DNA of 27,432 nt from Promethearchaeota archaeon (GTDB lineage Archaea > Asgardarchaeota > Lokiarchaeia > Sigyniarchaeales > SOKP01), in NCBI GenBank assembly GCA_048941015.1, contig JBHLNZ010000042.1, forward strand, positions 1-27,432. Direction: 5' to 3'. A model generated the notes under the pieces. That model worked only from the letters and a program-made list of their open reading frames with translations, had not been told where the DNA came from and searched no databases. Made by a program: the position numbers and the translations under genes. This document shows, piece after piece, positions 1-8,729 of this stretch (its first letter is position 1; each line of letters begins with the position of its first letter).

Positions 1-413
1 ATATCTTTTAAATTATAAATAATGATTTCCTTAACCTCATTTCTCACACTCTCTTCAATGAGTTCATTGGATAAATAGGGACCTCCTACTATTATTTTAT
101 TTGAGGGAAATCCTAGTTTTAATGCTAGGTTTAATTCAAGTATTCCAACTAATTCTGCACCCAATCCTTCGGAATGAATAACTTGGCAGATTTCTGGTAG
201 GAAATTTGCTTTAAACGAATAAAAACCCTGAAAATTGTTAAAAACTTTTCTAAAAGTTTCATTGAAGTTCCTAACATTTTCTCTGATTCTGTTTTCTAAG
301 AAAATCATAATCGGCAATTCTGAAATATCAAGAATTTTATTAAATGGAACTTGATCTATTAGGATTTTATTGTCTAATTTTTGTAAAAATGGATTTCCAG
401 ATAATTTTTGCAT
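1..413 (-). CDS. PLP-dependent decarboxylase, LysA/ornithine-DAP-arginine decarboxylase family (5' part; runs off the window)
   Basis: Not in the ORF track. Manual translation from ATG at 411-413 gives MQKLSGNPFLQKLDNKILIDQVPF...PIMIFLENRIRENVRNF...FYSFKANFLPEICQVIHSEGLGAE...LALKLGFPSNKIIVGGP. YSFKAN matches the PLP-lysine motif (YAxKAN) of fold-type III decarboxylases. Confidence 0.8.
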   Translation of the reverse strand, partial: MQKLSGNPFLQKLDNKILIDQVPFNKILDISELPIMIFLENRIRENVRNFNETFRKVFNNFQGFYSFKANFLPEICQVIHSEGLGAELVGILELNLALKLGFPSNKIIVGGPYLSNELIEESVRNEVKEIIIYNLKD

Positions 414-420
414 AATTTAA

Positions 421-1722
421 TCATCCAGTGATAGATATTAATCTTTGATACGTTTGATGAGTTTTTTCAACAATTTTTTCCCATTTATAATTTTTAATAA
501 CTTTTAATTCACCTTTCAATCCAAAATTTTTCCTCAAACGTCTCTTCTTTAGAAGCAATAATACTTTTTCACTAATATCATGAGAGTCATCAAATTCAAC
601 TAATAATCCATCTTGTTTTTCATCAATTACCTGTGGTGTCGCACCTATATTAGCTCCGATGACAGGTTTACCTGCTGCCCAAGCTTCTAGGTAAGCGATA
701 CCAAATGCATCACTACGACTCGGCATTAGAAAAATGTCTGCTTCTTTAAATGCAGCAATTTTTTTTTTATCAAAATATCCTGTTAAGTTATCAGGTCCGA
801 GATTTATTATTCTAGTATCTTTCATCTTATGGATTTTTGAAAGTTCACGATTAAAAGCCATTGTTGAAGGTCCGATAAAAACAAAATACACCTTTTTATA
901 ATTTTGAATAATATTGGGGATTGCTTTTAAAATCGATAATGCTCCTTTCTCATAATTTTTATAACCACAAAACAATACCAATTTATATTTTTTTTCATGA
1001 TTTTTAAAGTAATTAGCCTTGAAACTATACTTTTTATGATTTTTTCTTATTCTAGAACTGAATTTTTCATAATCGACTCCCATCGGAATTACTTCTACTT
1101 TTTCTTTGGAGATGCCCACTTTTTCGATTAAAAAATTTTTTTCAATAGGAGTACACGCAATTAAAAGATCAAATTTACGTAATACTTCAAATAAAACCGG
1201 ATTTATATATCTTGGATTGGAAAAATGAAAAAAAGGTGTACAAACCGTTGGTTTATTAATTTCCTTTCCTAATATTAAAGCGATTAATATATTAAAGTAT
1301 GGATAAAATATAGTATGAATTAAGTCATACTTCAATTTCTTCGAACTAATAAAGTCTACTAATAATTCTTCCAAGTATGGCCCGTTATTTAAGATTCCTT
1401 TCAAGGCGCTATCAGATAAATTAAGAAACTTGTAAGATTTTATTTTTTTAATAGTATTAAATTTTTCTTCAAATGATTCATTATATTCAATAGGATATCG
1501 ATTAATGAGCAAATTGTTTACTATCTTAAAATTCTTATCCTCCTTTTTAACTTTCTTGCCAGAAGGATGTTTTAACGCTTTAAAGTCTATAGCATCTGAT
1601 GTAACAATATCTATGTCATAATTATAATTAGCTTTAAGGATTTCAGCGATTCTCTGTATATAAAATTCCGCTCCAGATATTGCGGGAAAATATCTAGTTG
1701 GTAGATATAAAATGCTAGTCAA
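421..1722 (-). CDS. Glycosyltransferase family 4 (GT-B) protein
   Basis: N-terminal YFPAISGAE, plus PMGVD, ADIFLMPSRSDAFGIAYLEAWAAGKPVI and DGLLV motifs typical of GT4. TTG start. Confidence 0.9.
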   Translation of the reverse strand: MTSILYLPTRYFPAISGAEFYIQRIAEILKANYNYDIDIVTSDAIDFKALKHPSGKKVKKEDKNFKIVNNLLINRYPIEYNESFEEKFNTIKKIKSYKFLNLSDSALKGILNNGPYLEELLVDFISSKKLKYDLIHTIFYPYFNILIALILGKEINKPTVCTPFFHFSNPRYINPVLFEVLRKFDLLIACTPIEKNFLIEKVGISKEKVEVIPMGVDYEKFSSRIRKNHKKYSFKANYFKNHEKKYKLVLFCGYKNYEKGALSILKAIPNIIQNYKKVYFVFIGPSTMAFNRELSKIHKMKDTRIINLGPDNLTGYFDKKKIAAFKEADIFLMPSRSDAFGIAYLEAWAAGKPVIGANIGATPQVIDEKQDGLLVEFDDSHDISEKVLLLLKKRRLRKNFGLKGELKVIKNYKWEKIVEKTHQTYQRLISITG

Positions 1723-1765
1723 ATTTATGATCTTTTTTATTAATCAAATATAATAATAATATACT

Positions 1766-2164
1766 ATGCAATCGACTAAAGACTTTTTGTTTAATTTTTT
1801 TTCACAGATTAAGCAAAAAGGTTTTATTGATGAGAAATTAATAAATGATATTAATTCTATTTTTTCTAACAAAGCTGAAAGGGTTTTAGAGGTCATGGAA
1901 AAAGGAATTACTAAGTATATTTATAAACCTTCAAACAGGGTTATATGGACAGCTATGGGAGAAAATTGTGAACATATTATATATCCAAAGCTTTTTTGTT
2001 CATGCCGAGATTTTTATAAGAATGTTGTTATAAAGAGAAAAAGGGACTATTGTAAACATATTTTAGCGCAAATCATATCAGAAGCTTTAAATGATTATAA
2101 AACCTTAGAATTGAATGATCAAGAATTTACTAAACTGATTGATGATTTAGAATTAAATTATTAA
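1766..2164 (+). CDS. SWIM zinc-finger protein
   Basis: FCSCRDF...YCKHILA fits the CxC-xn-CxH SWIM signature. Confidence 0.8.
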   Translation: MQSTKDFLFNFFSQIKQKGFIDEKLINDINSIFSNKAERVLEVMEKGITKYIYKPSNRVIWTAMGENCEHIIYPKLFCSCRDFYKNVVIKRKRDYCKHILAQIISEALNDYKTLELNDQEFTKLIDDLELNY

Positions 2165-2788
2165 ATGTTCAGCTCGTTCTAATGATTGAAATACTAAAAG
2201 TTTAATATCAACTTTAGATTCAGATTTAATTACCTCTATAGATTTAGCATGAGTTTCCGGATATTGGGGATTATATTTACATGATGCAGAAGTTTGGGAC
2301 GAAATTTCATATAATCCAATTTTTCTATTTAAATCAATTACATCTTGTTTATTCCATCCTATTAAAGGTCGAAGAACAATAAAATTCTCAAGAAGATCAT
2401 TATATATATATAAATTATCGAGAGTTTGACTAGCTTGTTCTCCCAGTATATCTCCTGTGACTATTATATTTGTATCTTCCTCTTTTGCTATTTCTTGAGC
2501 AATCCTTATCATTAGACGCTTACATAAGATACATGTTAATTTTCGCTCACATTTTTGCTTAAAAAGATTTAGATTTGGATCATGATTAATAAAGTAAATT
2601 TTAATTTTTTCTTTAGTAAATTTTTTTAGTAATTCAATTATCTTTATTACTTTTAGTCTCATCGAATGATTAATATCATCTGAAGTTAAAAAAGAGATAA
2701 AGATTGGAATGAATCCCTTTTTAATCATTAATAATGCGGCTAAAGGACTGTCTAAACCTCCTGAAATTAAAGAAATAAATTTTCTCAT
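2153..2788 (-). CDS. thiI: ThiI-like PP-loop sulfurtransferase (tRNA 4-thiouridine synthase catalytic domain only)
   Basis: SGGLDS PP-loop, CILCKRLM, TGDILGEQASQTLDNL and RPLIG motifs of ThiI. No N-terminal THUMP domain. Confidence 0.8.
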   Translation of the reverse strand: MRKFISLISGGLDSPLAALLMIKKGFIPIFISFLTSDDINHSMRLKVIKIIELLKKFTKEKIKIYFINHDPNLNLFKQKCERKLTCILCKRLMIRIAQEIAKEEDTNIIVTGDILGEQASQTLDNLYIYNDLLENFIVLRPLIGWNKQDVIDLNRKIGLYEISSQTSASCKYNPQYPETHAKSIEVIKSESKVDIKLLVFQSLERAEHLII

Positions 2789-2801
2789 AAAATCAATCCT
2801 T

Positions 2802-3404
2802 TTATTTTTCTACTGTTATTTCTTCTCGTTCCCATTCATTTAAATATCTGTTAAAATCCTGTATGCTAATTTGTTCAGCTATTTTGATTTTTTTTTTAAA
2901 TTCGAGTTTTTTCATCTTTAACATAATTTTTTTATTTTTGTTTAGATGAGCCATCGCTTTTGGATATTCTTTATAAAAAATATTTTTTAATAAATGTATA
3001 TCAGCATTTTTCAAGGTATCATAATATTTTAAAACAAAATTACATAAAGGGTCAATACTTATCTGAAAATTAAAGGCATCAATTTGTTTTAATGCTAATG
3101 GATAAGCTTGGCAAGCTAAAGGTTTTATTTCATGAATAACACAACCAATATCCTTAAAATAAAAAGGGCAGCATTTTGAATCATTATTTAAATCAAATTT
3201 ATACGTAATCACCAGAATTTTCTTATTTAAAATATCTGGGAAAACTAAATCTTCTATTACCCTCATAGGAATGGATTTCTCTTCAGCTTCAATAATTAAT
3301 TTATCAACTTCCTCAGGATAAAGAGGGATTCTTTTTTTATACTCTCCCTCGATCTCATAGCAGCAAGTTCCACATTTCATACAATTATATTTTAGATTGT
3401 TCAA
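2802..3404 (-). CDS. YkgJ/UPF0153 family cysteine-cluster (putative Fe-S or Zn) protein
   Basis: CxxCGxCC...CPF...CxIHxxKPxxCxxYP...C pattern. TTG start. Confidence 0.85.
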   Translation of the reverse strand: MNNLKYNCMKCGTCCYEIEGEYKKRIPLYPEEVDKLIIEAEEKSIPMRVIEDLVFPDILNKKILVITYKFDLNNDSKCCPFYFKDIGCVIHEIKPLACQAYPLALKQIDAFNFQISIDPLCNFVLKYYDTLKNADIHLLKNIFYKEYPKAMAHLNKNKKIMLKMKKLEFKKKIKIAEQISIQDFNRYLNEWEREEITVEK

Positions 3405-3600
3405 TTTCTTTAAAAAAGCAGTTTTATTAAAACATCATTTTTTAATATTATGAGAATATTCGATTAAAATTAATTCTTGTGATAATACTAATGTATTACT
3501 TTTACAATAAATCATGTGTCTATTTGGATAACACATTATTTTTAAAGAGATGAACTAGTTTGTTTTTATAAATATAGATTTTTGTTCCAAGGAAAAAAAT

Positions 3601-4416
3601 ATGACTGATTCAGGGATTAGAATAATTAAGCATATTGATTTAACCAAAGATGATTTTAAGAATCCAATTTGTATACTAGGAATGCCAGGAATTGCAGACG
3701 TGGGAAAATTTGCTTTAGATTCGTTAATAGGTCAACTCAACGCTCAAAATTTCATGGATTTTATATTTGATGATTATCCCGCAGGAGCAATTGTTGATGA
3801 TAGTTTATTATCAGCACCTAAAGCAGAGGTTCTGTATTGGAAAGATCCTAAAAAAGTCAGGGATATTATATTAATTACTGCCGATGCACAAAGTTTAACA
3901 CCTAAAGGCATATACAAAATCTCAAATTTTTTAACGGAAATCATCCAAAATTTGGGTATAAACCTAATTATTGCATTAGGTGCTTACCCTGTAAGTAGTA
4001 GAAAATTAAACTTAAAATTACCACAAATTTATGCCAGCTCTACGAACCGTAAATTGCTAGACAATTTCTTACAAGAAAATAATTGTGAAAAAATACAAAA
4101 AGGAGTAATAATTGGTGCTAATGGACTAATACCTACTTTAGCAAAAGCAAGATTTAATATAGATGGAATAGTGTTATTAGCCGAAACAGATAATATAGCA
4201 ATGATTAATGAAGATATCACTGATTTAAAAGCATCAATAACGCTTTTGGAAATGATCAAAAAATCATTCAATTTACCAATAAAAAAGAAGTATTCTCTTG
4301 AAAATATTGATGATATCACTAAAAATCTTCAAAATAAAAGAGATCAATTAGAAAAAGATCTTGATACTTTCCAATTAATTGATTCTGAAGATAAAAGAAA
4401 ATCATTATATATTTAA
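3601..4416 (+). CDS. PAC2 family proteasome assembly chaperone (PbaA/PbaB-like)
   Basis: GMPGIADVG, ITADAQ, IIALGAY, IIGANGLI and LLAET motifs; C-terminal HbYX-type tail (SLYI). Confidence 0.85.
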   Translation: MTDSGIRIIKHIDLTKDDFKNPICILGMPGIADVGKFALDSLIGQLNAQNFMDFIFDDYPAGAIVDDSLLSAPKAEVLYWKDPKKVRDIILITADAQSLTPKGIYKISNFLTEIIQNLGINLIIALGAYPVSSRKLNLKLPQIYASSTNRKLLDNFLQENNCEKIQKGVIIGANGLIPTLAKARFNIDGIVLLAETDNIAMINEDITDLKASITLLEMIKKSFNLPIKKKYSLENIDDITKNLQNKRDQLEKDLDTFQLIDSEDKRKSLYI

Positions 4417-4517
4417 GAAGCTAAATTTTTCATCATCCTATTTAACTTACCACTAAAATTTAAAATATTTTTATAATTTTCGAAAAGTATATTAAATTTG
4501 TAAAATTAGTTGAAATA

Positions 4518-4667
4518 ATGAATTACGTCTGTGCAAGAAAAAGTTGTGGGAAGGAAGTATCTAAAAAGGAGTTGAATGCGCTTCCAGGTATTAAGTGTTC
4601 CCACTGTGGATTTCGTATTTTATATAAGAAACGACCAGATGTAATTAAAAGAATTAAGGTTCAATAA
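4518..4667 (+). CDS. rpo12: DNA-directed RNA polymerase subunit Rpo12 (P / RPB12 homologue), 49 aa
   Basis: Not in the ORF track. MNYVCARKSCGKEVSKKELNALPGIKCSHCGFRILYKKRPDVIKRIKVQ; the YxC..CG...IKCxxCGxRILYKxRP pattern is diagnostic. Confidence 0.92.
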   Translation: MNYVCARKSCGKEVSKKELNALPGIKCSHCGFRILYKKRPDVIKRIKVQ

Positions 4668-4710
4668 TTCTAATTTTTATGATTAAAATTATGACTTTGT
4701 TTATTTAAAT

Positions 4711-5640
4711 TCAAATGCTTAGATCAAACCTTAAATGATTAATTAGCTCTTTATATCTATTTCTTATGGTTGCTTCTGTAACTCCTGCCGCTAAAGAGAT
4801 TTCTTTCTGAGTACGCCTTTCTCCTTCTTGAATAGCAGCAACGTATAACGCAGCTCCAGCTAGTCCTGTTGGAGCTTTACCTGCAGTGATATGGTATTTT
4901 TTTGCAAGCTTTAACAACTCAGCAGCTCTATTTTGAGTTCTTCCTGACAATTTTAATTCAGCACAAAATCGTGGAATGAAATTTATGGGTGATGACACTT
5001 TTATATTAATTTTTAACTCACTTAGAATTAAACGATAACAGCGGGCAATTTTTTTCTTATCTACTGTAGCATATTCAATAAAATCGTCAATTGTCTTTGG
5101 AATATTGTTTAATCTGCAAGATAAGTATATAGAAGCGATTAGCATTGCTTCAATTGATCTTCCTCTTATCAAATTTTTGTGTGCCATCTTTCTGTAGATA
5201 TGGGCAGCTGATTCTTTTAAATCTTTTGAAAGGTTTAATTGAGACGATAATCGATCTAATTCATTCATAGCATATGCTAAATTTCGATCAATTGATTTGT
5301 TAGTTCTAGTTCTCACATGCCATTTCCTCAAACGATAAACTTCCGCTTTCATTTTCGGACTTATACTTTTACCAAATGCGTCTTTATTTTTCCAACCAAT
5401 CATCGTACTTAAGCCCTTATCATGTAAAGTTAGAGTTGTTGGAGCTCCTACTCTAACTTTCTTATTAGCTTCTTCTGATGAGAAGGCTCTCCATTCGGGT
5501 CCAGAATCAATTACTTTTTGGCTTAAGACTAAACCACATACAATACATACTACTTCGCCTCGCGCCTCATCTGAAATTAAATTAGGATTACCACATTCTG
5601 GACATAAGTTCAAATTATTTTGAGATAATGAAAGATCCAA
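4711..5640 (-). CDS. tfb: Transcription initiation factor IIB (TFB)
   Basis: Zn ribbon CPECG...GEVVCIVCGLV, B-reader IDSGPEWRAF, TLHDKGLST, and cyclin repeats with GRSIE and GVTEATIRNRYKEL. Confidence 0.97.
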   Translation of the reverse strand: MDLSLSQNNLNLCPECGNPNLISDEARGEVVCIVCGLVLSQKVIDSGPEWRAFSSEEANKKVRVGAPTTLTLHDKGLSTMIGWKNKDAFGKSISPKMKAEVYRLRKWHVRTRTNKSIDRNLAYAMNELDRLSSQLNLSKDLKESAAHIYRKMAHKNLIRGRSIEAMLIASIYLSCRLNNIPKTIDDFIEYATVDKKKIARCYRLILSELKINIKVSSPINFIPRFCAELKLSGRTQNRAAELLKLAKKYHITAGKAPTGLAGAALYVAAIQEGERRTQKEISLAAGVTEATIRNRYKELINHLRFDLSI

Positions 5641-5808
5641 ATACGCCTACCCTTGCATAATTCTACTCCTTAATTTCTATAATTAATCTCGTACTTTTAA
5701 ATGTTTGCGTATTAAGGATTTATCTATTAATAAAGTAAGTAGAAATTAATTTTTCATTTTGACAATAAACCAAAAAATTTTAATAAGTTTCATTATTCTA
5801 TTTATTTA

Positions 5809-6279
5809 ATGCGACATTTTTATAAAAGCCATGGAAAGCATTGTTATCTTCGATCTTTTCAATCAAAATGTCCAATCTGCAATGCAGATGTGTTATATTG
5901 GGAGTGCAGCCATGGATGTAAAGTTTTTTTTGAATACCCCCCTTATGGAAAATTGGTGAAACATTATTGTCGGCATCATCTAAGTCAAGCTTATCAAAAA
6001 AGTAAGTATAGAATTATTATCAAAAAACCAAAAGGGCTTTTAAATAATGCTACAATAAGTTGTCCTGTATGTGGGAAATTATTCAAAGATGAGACAAATT
6101 TAAAAGATCATTTAATGCAAATGAAAAAAAGTGATTATGATCATAAAATATTTTCAGAAAATCAGTTATTCTTCGAAAAAGATAGAAAAGGATGGAAAGA
6201 TTCTAGTTTTGGAAAGGTTGAAACCCAATATAAACCAAAATTTGGGAGGATTAATATAAAAAAAAGAACAGAAGACTAG
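5809..6279 (+). CDS. Zinc-finger protein (N-terminal CxxC...HxC module plus a C2H2-like finger)
   Basis: CPIC...WECSHGCKVFF...KHYC and CPVCGKLFKDETNLKDHL...H. Confidence 0.65.
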   Translation: MRHFYKSHGKHCYLRSFQSKCPICNADVLYWECSHGCKVFFEYPPYGKLVKHYCRHHLSQAYQKSKYRIIIKKPKGLLNNATISCPVCGKLFKDETNLKDHLMQMKKSDYDHKIFSENQLFFEKDRKGWKDSSFGKVETQYKPKFGRINIKKRTED

Positions 6280-6392
6280 GAATATAAATTTAACTTTTTA
6301 ATAAAAATTTTAAAATTAAATTAATACTATATTATTAATATCAAATTATTCACCTTAAAGTTATTAGCAATTAAAAATTTGAGGAAAAAAAA

Positions 6393-7001
6393 ATGCCCAC
6401 AGATCCAGCAACAGCAGTTTACAATTTAATGCAAAAAGATCCTAGTATAATTGCAGCTGCAGTTGTACAAGGGAGAGATAATATCCTCTATTCAACAGAT
6501 AACTGGGATATTAGTGCTGATGTTGGGAAAGTGATTTCAAGTTGGAGTAGTATGAATGCTCAATTCATCATGATTTCAGGGGTTAAATATTCAATTCTTC
6601 AATGCACCTCGGAACGTTTAGTTGCCACTTCTATTCGAGGGGAAGGCCATATTATTGGGGCAAAGGATGATGATCATAAATTAATAGTTTACCTTGAGCC
6701 TGATGGAGAGCCAATGGGAGCAACGATGGATACCCATAGAGCTTTGGCAGAAATGAGCTCTAAAACAAATTACATGGATTCAAGTGCGCAATTGGGAAGC
6801 ACGGGAGGACCTATAGCCCCATCAGGAGGAACAATCATCGATCCTCAATTAAAAGGTGAAATTCAATCATTTTTAGACTGGGTTAAAGATAATGAGGGTC
6901 TTTCTGGGTATATAAATTATTATCTTCAACAAAACAATGAACATATTATTACTGAACTTGCAAAAATCTATGCTGAGCTAAGGCAAATATTTGGTGTATA
7001 A
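6393..7001 (+). CDS. Asgard profilin with a C-terminal helical extension
   Basis: The first ~122 aa carry Asgard profilin motifs (ILYSTDNWDIS, ISGVKYSILQCTSERLVAT, GEGHII, YLEPDG). A Ser/Gly/Pro linker and ~55 helical residues follow. Confidence 0.8.
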   Translation: MPTDPATAVYNLMQKDPSIIAAAVVQGRDNILYSTDNWDISADVGKVISSWSSMNAQFIMISGVKYSILQCTSERLVATSIRGEGHIIGAKDDDHKLIVYLEPDGEPMGATMDTHRALAEMSSKTNYMDSSAQLGSTGGPIAPSGGTIIDPQLKGEIQSFLDWVKDNEGLSGYINYYLQQNNEHIITELAKIYAELRQIFGV

Positions 7002-7116
7002 TTTGTTCTTATTATTAAATAGTTTTAGTAAATTCGAATGAATATATAGTTATATTAGAAAGAATAATCAGTTAAACTGAACAAATTAGATTTAAAAATT
7101 GTTATTAAAGCAAAAA

Positions 7117-7506
7117 ATGAATGATCAGGAAGATAGTAAAACGAACAGGTACACATCGAAAGAGGATATGGATTTAGAGATTCCAGTTGTCCCTGAAGCG
7201 CCTAAGAAGGAAAATAAAATCACTAAGAATTCTCCTGGATTATCTACAGAGTTATTAGAAAAAATAAAAAAATTAGAATCTAATACTATTAAAGTTGTAT
7301 TGGTAAATTGCGAAAGATGTAAGACCATTATTCCTGTACCAGTTCCAAAAAGAGTTATTCTTAAATCTGAACTCCCAGTAGTTCCATTCAGCTTTGTCCA
7401 TAAAAATCCAAATCAAAAAGATCAACATTGCATTACACTTCATCTTGATCATGATTTTGATATTCGAAGACAGAGGCTTTCTGATGTAGTGATTTCTAAA
7501 GATTAA
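7117..7506 (+). CDS. Hypothetical zinc-binding protein (CxxC...H...H), Asgard-type
   Basis: Track ORF 7099..7506; the in-frame ATG at 7117 is the more likely start. Contains CERC...FVHK...HCITLHLD. Confidence 0.6.
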   Translation: MNDQEDSKTNRYTSKEDMDLEIPVVPEAPKKENKITKNSPGLSTELLEKIKKLESNTIKVVLVNCERCKTIIPVPVPKRVILKSELPVVPFSFVHKNPNQKDQHCITLHLDHDFDIRRQRLSDVVISKD

Positions 7507-7539
7507 CTATCTTACATAATTATATCTTTAGTATAGCGA

Positions 7540-7776
7540 TTATATATCTAAATCATAGAAAATTAAAGAAATAAATGCGATAAAGAAAGGAATCAAGCAT
7601 AATAAACAAAGACACATAAGAAAGCTATTTCTCCATTTTAAATCATTAGGATTAAGGATAGCATTACAATTTTTACAATATTTAATATTTTTACCGTTAA
7701 TAAGAGAATTACAATTATAGCACCTAATTAAATTATCATTATTAATTTCATTTGATGAAAACTTGATTCTTGACAT
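7540..7776 (-). CDS. Small zinc-ribbon membrane protein
   Basis: CYNC...CKNC double CxxC followed by a hydrophobic C-terminal helix. Confidence 0.65.
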   Translation of the reverse strand: MSRIKFSSNEINNDNLIRCYNCNSLINGKNIKYCKNCNAILNPNDLKWRNSFLMCLCLLCLIPFFIAFISLIFYDLDI

Positions 7777-7869
7777 TAAATCATCATAAATTCCAGTAGA
7801 TTAAAAAATGTGCTATTGATTATTATATATAGTTTCCTATAAAATAAAATTTTTAATTTAGAACGAAAA

Positions 7870-7876
7870 AGGTGAT
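7870..7876 (+). promoter_or_regulatory. Shine-Dalgarno site (AGGTGAT) in front of the proposed ATT start of aroA'
   Basis: Complementary to the 16S 3' tail encoded in this window (27364-27371). GTGA lies 4 nt before ATT 7880, the same spacing as GTGA to ATG in mfnB. Confidence 0.65.
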
Positions 7877-7879
7877 TAT

Positions 7880-8683
7880 ATTTCTGGATTTATAGGTAAA
7901 AATATTAGGTTAGAAAGGATTATTAATAGAGAAACAAGGAGAACTATTATTGTTCCAATGGATCATGGACTTACAGTAGGTCCAATTAAAGGAATAGATA
8001 AGGATTTAGGTGTAATGGTTAATAAGATAGCATTAGGTGGTGCTAATGCAATTTTAGGTCATGTGGGAATCCCTCTTTATGCTCATAGAGGATACGGGCC
8101 AGATATAGGTTTGATTTTACATCTCTCAGGCTCTACTTCTTTAAGTCCAGAAACTAACTATAAAGTTTTGGTAAATACTGTATTAGAAGCTCTCAAATTT
8201 GGTGCTGATGGCGTATCACTCCATATTAATATAGGAACAAAAACAGATCCTGAAATGTTGGAAACATTGGGAAAAGTTTCAAGAGAATGCCGTGAATATG
8301 GTATGCCTTTATTAGCTATGATGTATCCAAGAGGTGAAAATATTGAAGATGAATATGATGTTGAAGTTGTGAAAATAACGGCAAGGGTAGCGGCAGAATT
8401 GGGAGCAGATATTGTAAAAACAAATTGGACAGGAGATCCTGATTCTTTTAAGGAGGTTGTTGATGGATGCATGGCCCCAGTTATAATAGCAGGTGGTGAA
8501 AAAGCAGGAGTTAGAAATATTTTGGAAATAACTAAAGAATCTATTGATGTTGGAGGCGCAGGAGTAGCATATGGCAGGAATGTCTTTCAAGCGGAAGACC
8601 CAACTAAATTGGTAAGAGCACTTTATTTCATTGTACATCAGAATTATGATGTCAATGAAGCTATAAAAGAGGCAAAACTTTAA
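7880..8683 (+). CDS. aroA': 2-amino-3,7-dideoxy-D-threo-hept-6-ulosonate (ADH) synthase, DhnA/class I aldolase family; probable ATT start
   Basis: MDHG, HLSGSTSL, GMPLLAMMYPRG, ELGADIVKT, AGG and GRNVFQ motifs. The conserved N-terminus GKNIRLERIINRETRRTIIVP lies in frame upstream of the track's ATG at 7958. Confidence 0.85.
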   Translation: MSGFIGKNIRLERIINRETRRTIIVPMDHGLTVGPIKGIDKDLGVMVNKIALGGANAILGHVGIPLYAHRGYGPDIGLILHLSGSTSLSPETNYKVLVNTVLEALKFGADGVSLHINIGTKTDPEMLETLGKVSRECREYGMPLLAMMYPRGENIEDEYDVEVVKITARVAAELGADIVKTNWTGDPDSFKEVVDGCMAPVIIAGGEKAGVRNILEITKESIDVGGAGVAYGRNVFQAEDPTKLVRALYFIVHQNYDVNEAIKEAKL

Positions 8684-8729
8684 CTTGAATTATCTAACAA
8701 TTCATTATATACATAAGTAAAAATTAATT

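Noticed and set aside
4029-4319. 96-aa minus-strand ORF
   Set aside because: Antisense shadow inside the PAC2 gene; no motifs.
7125-7328. 67-aa minus-strand ORF
   Set aside because: Antisense shadow of the 7117..7506 gene.
8158-8638. Two minus-strand ORFs (104 and 108 aa)
   Set aside because: Both lie antisense within the conserved ADH synthase gene.
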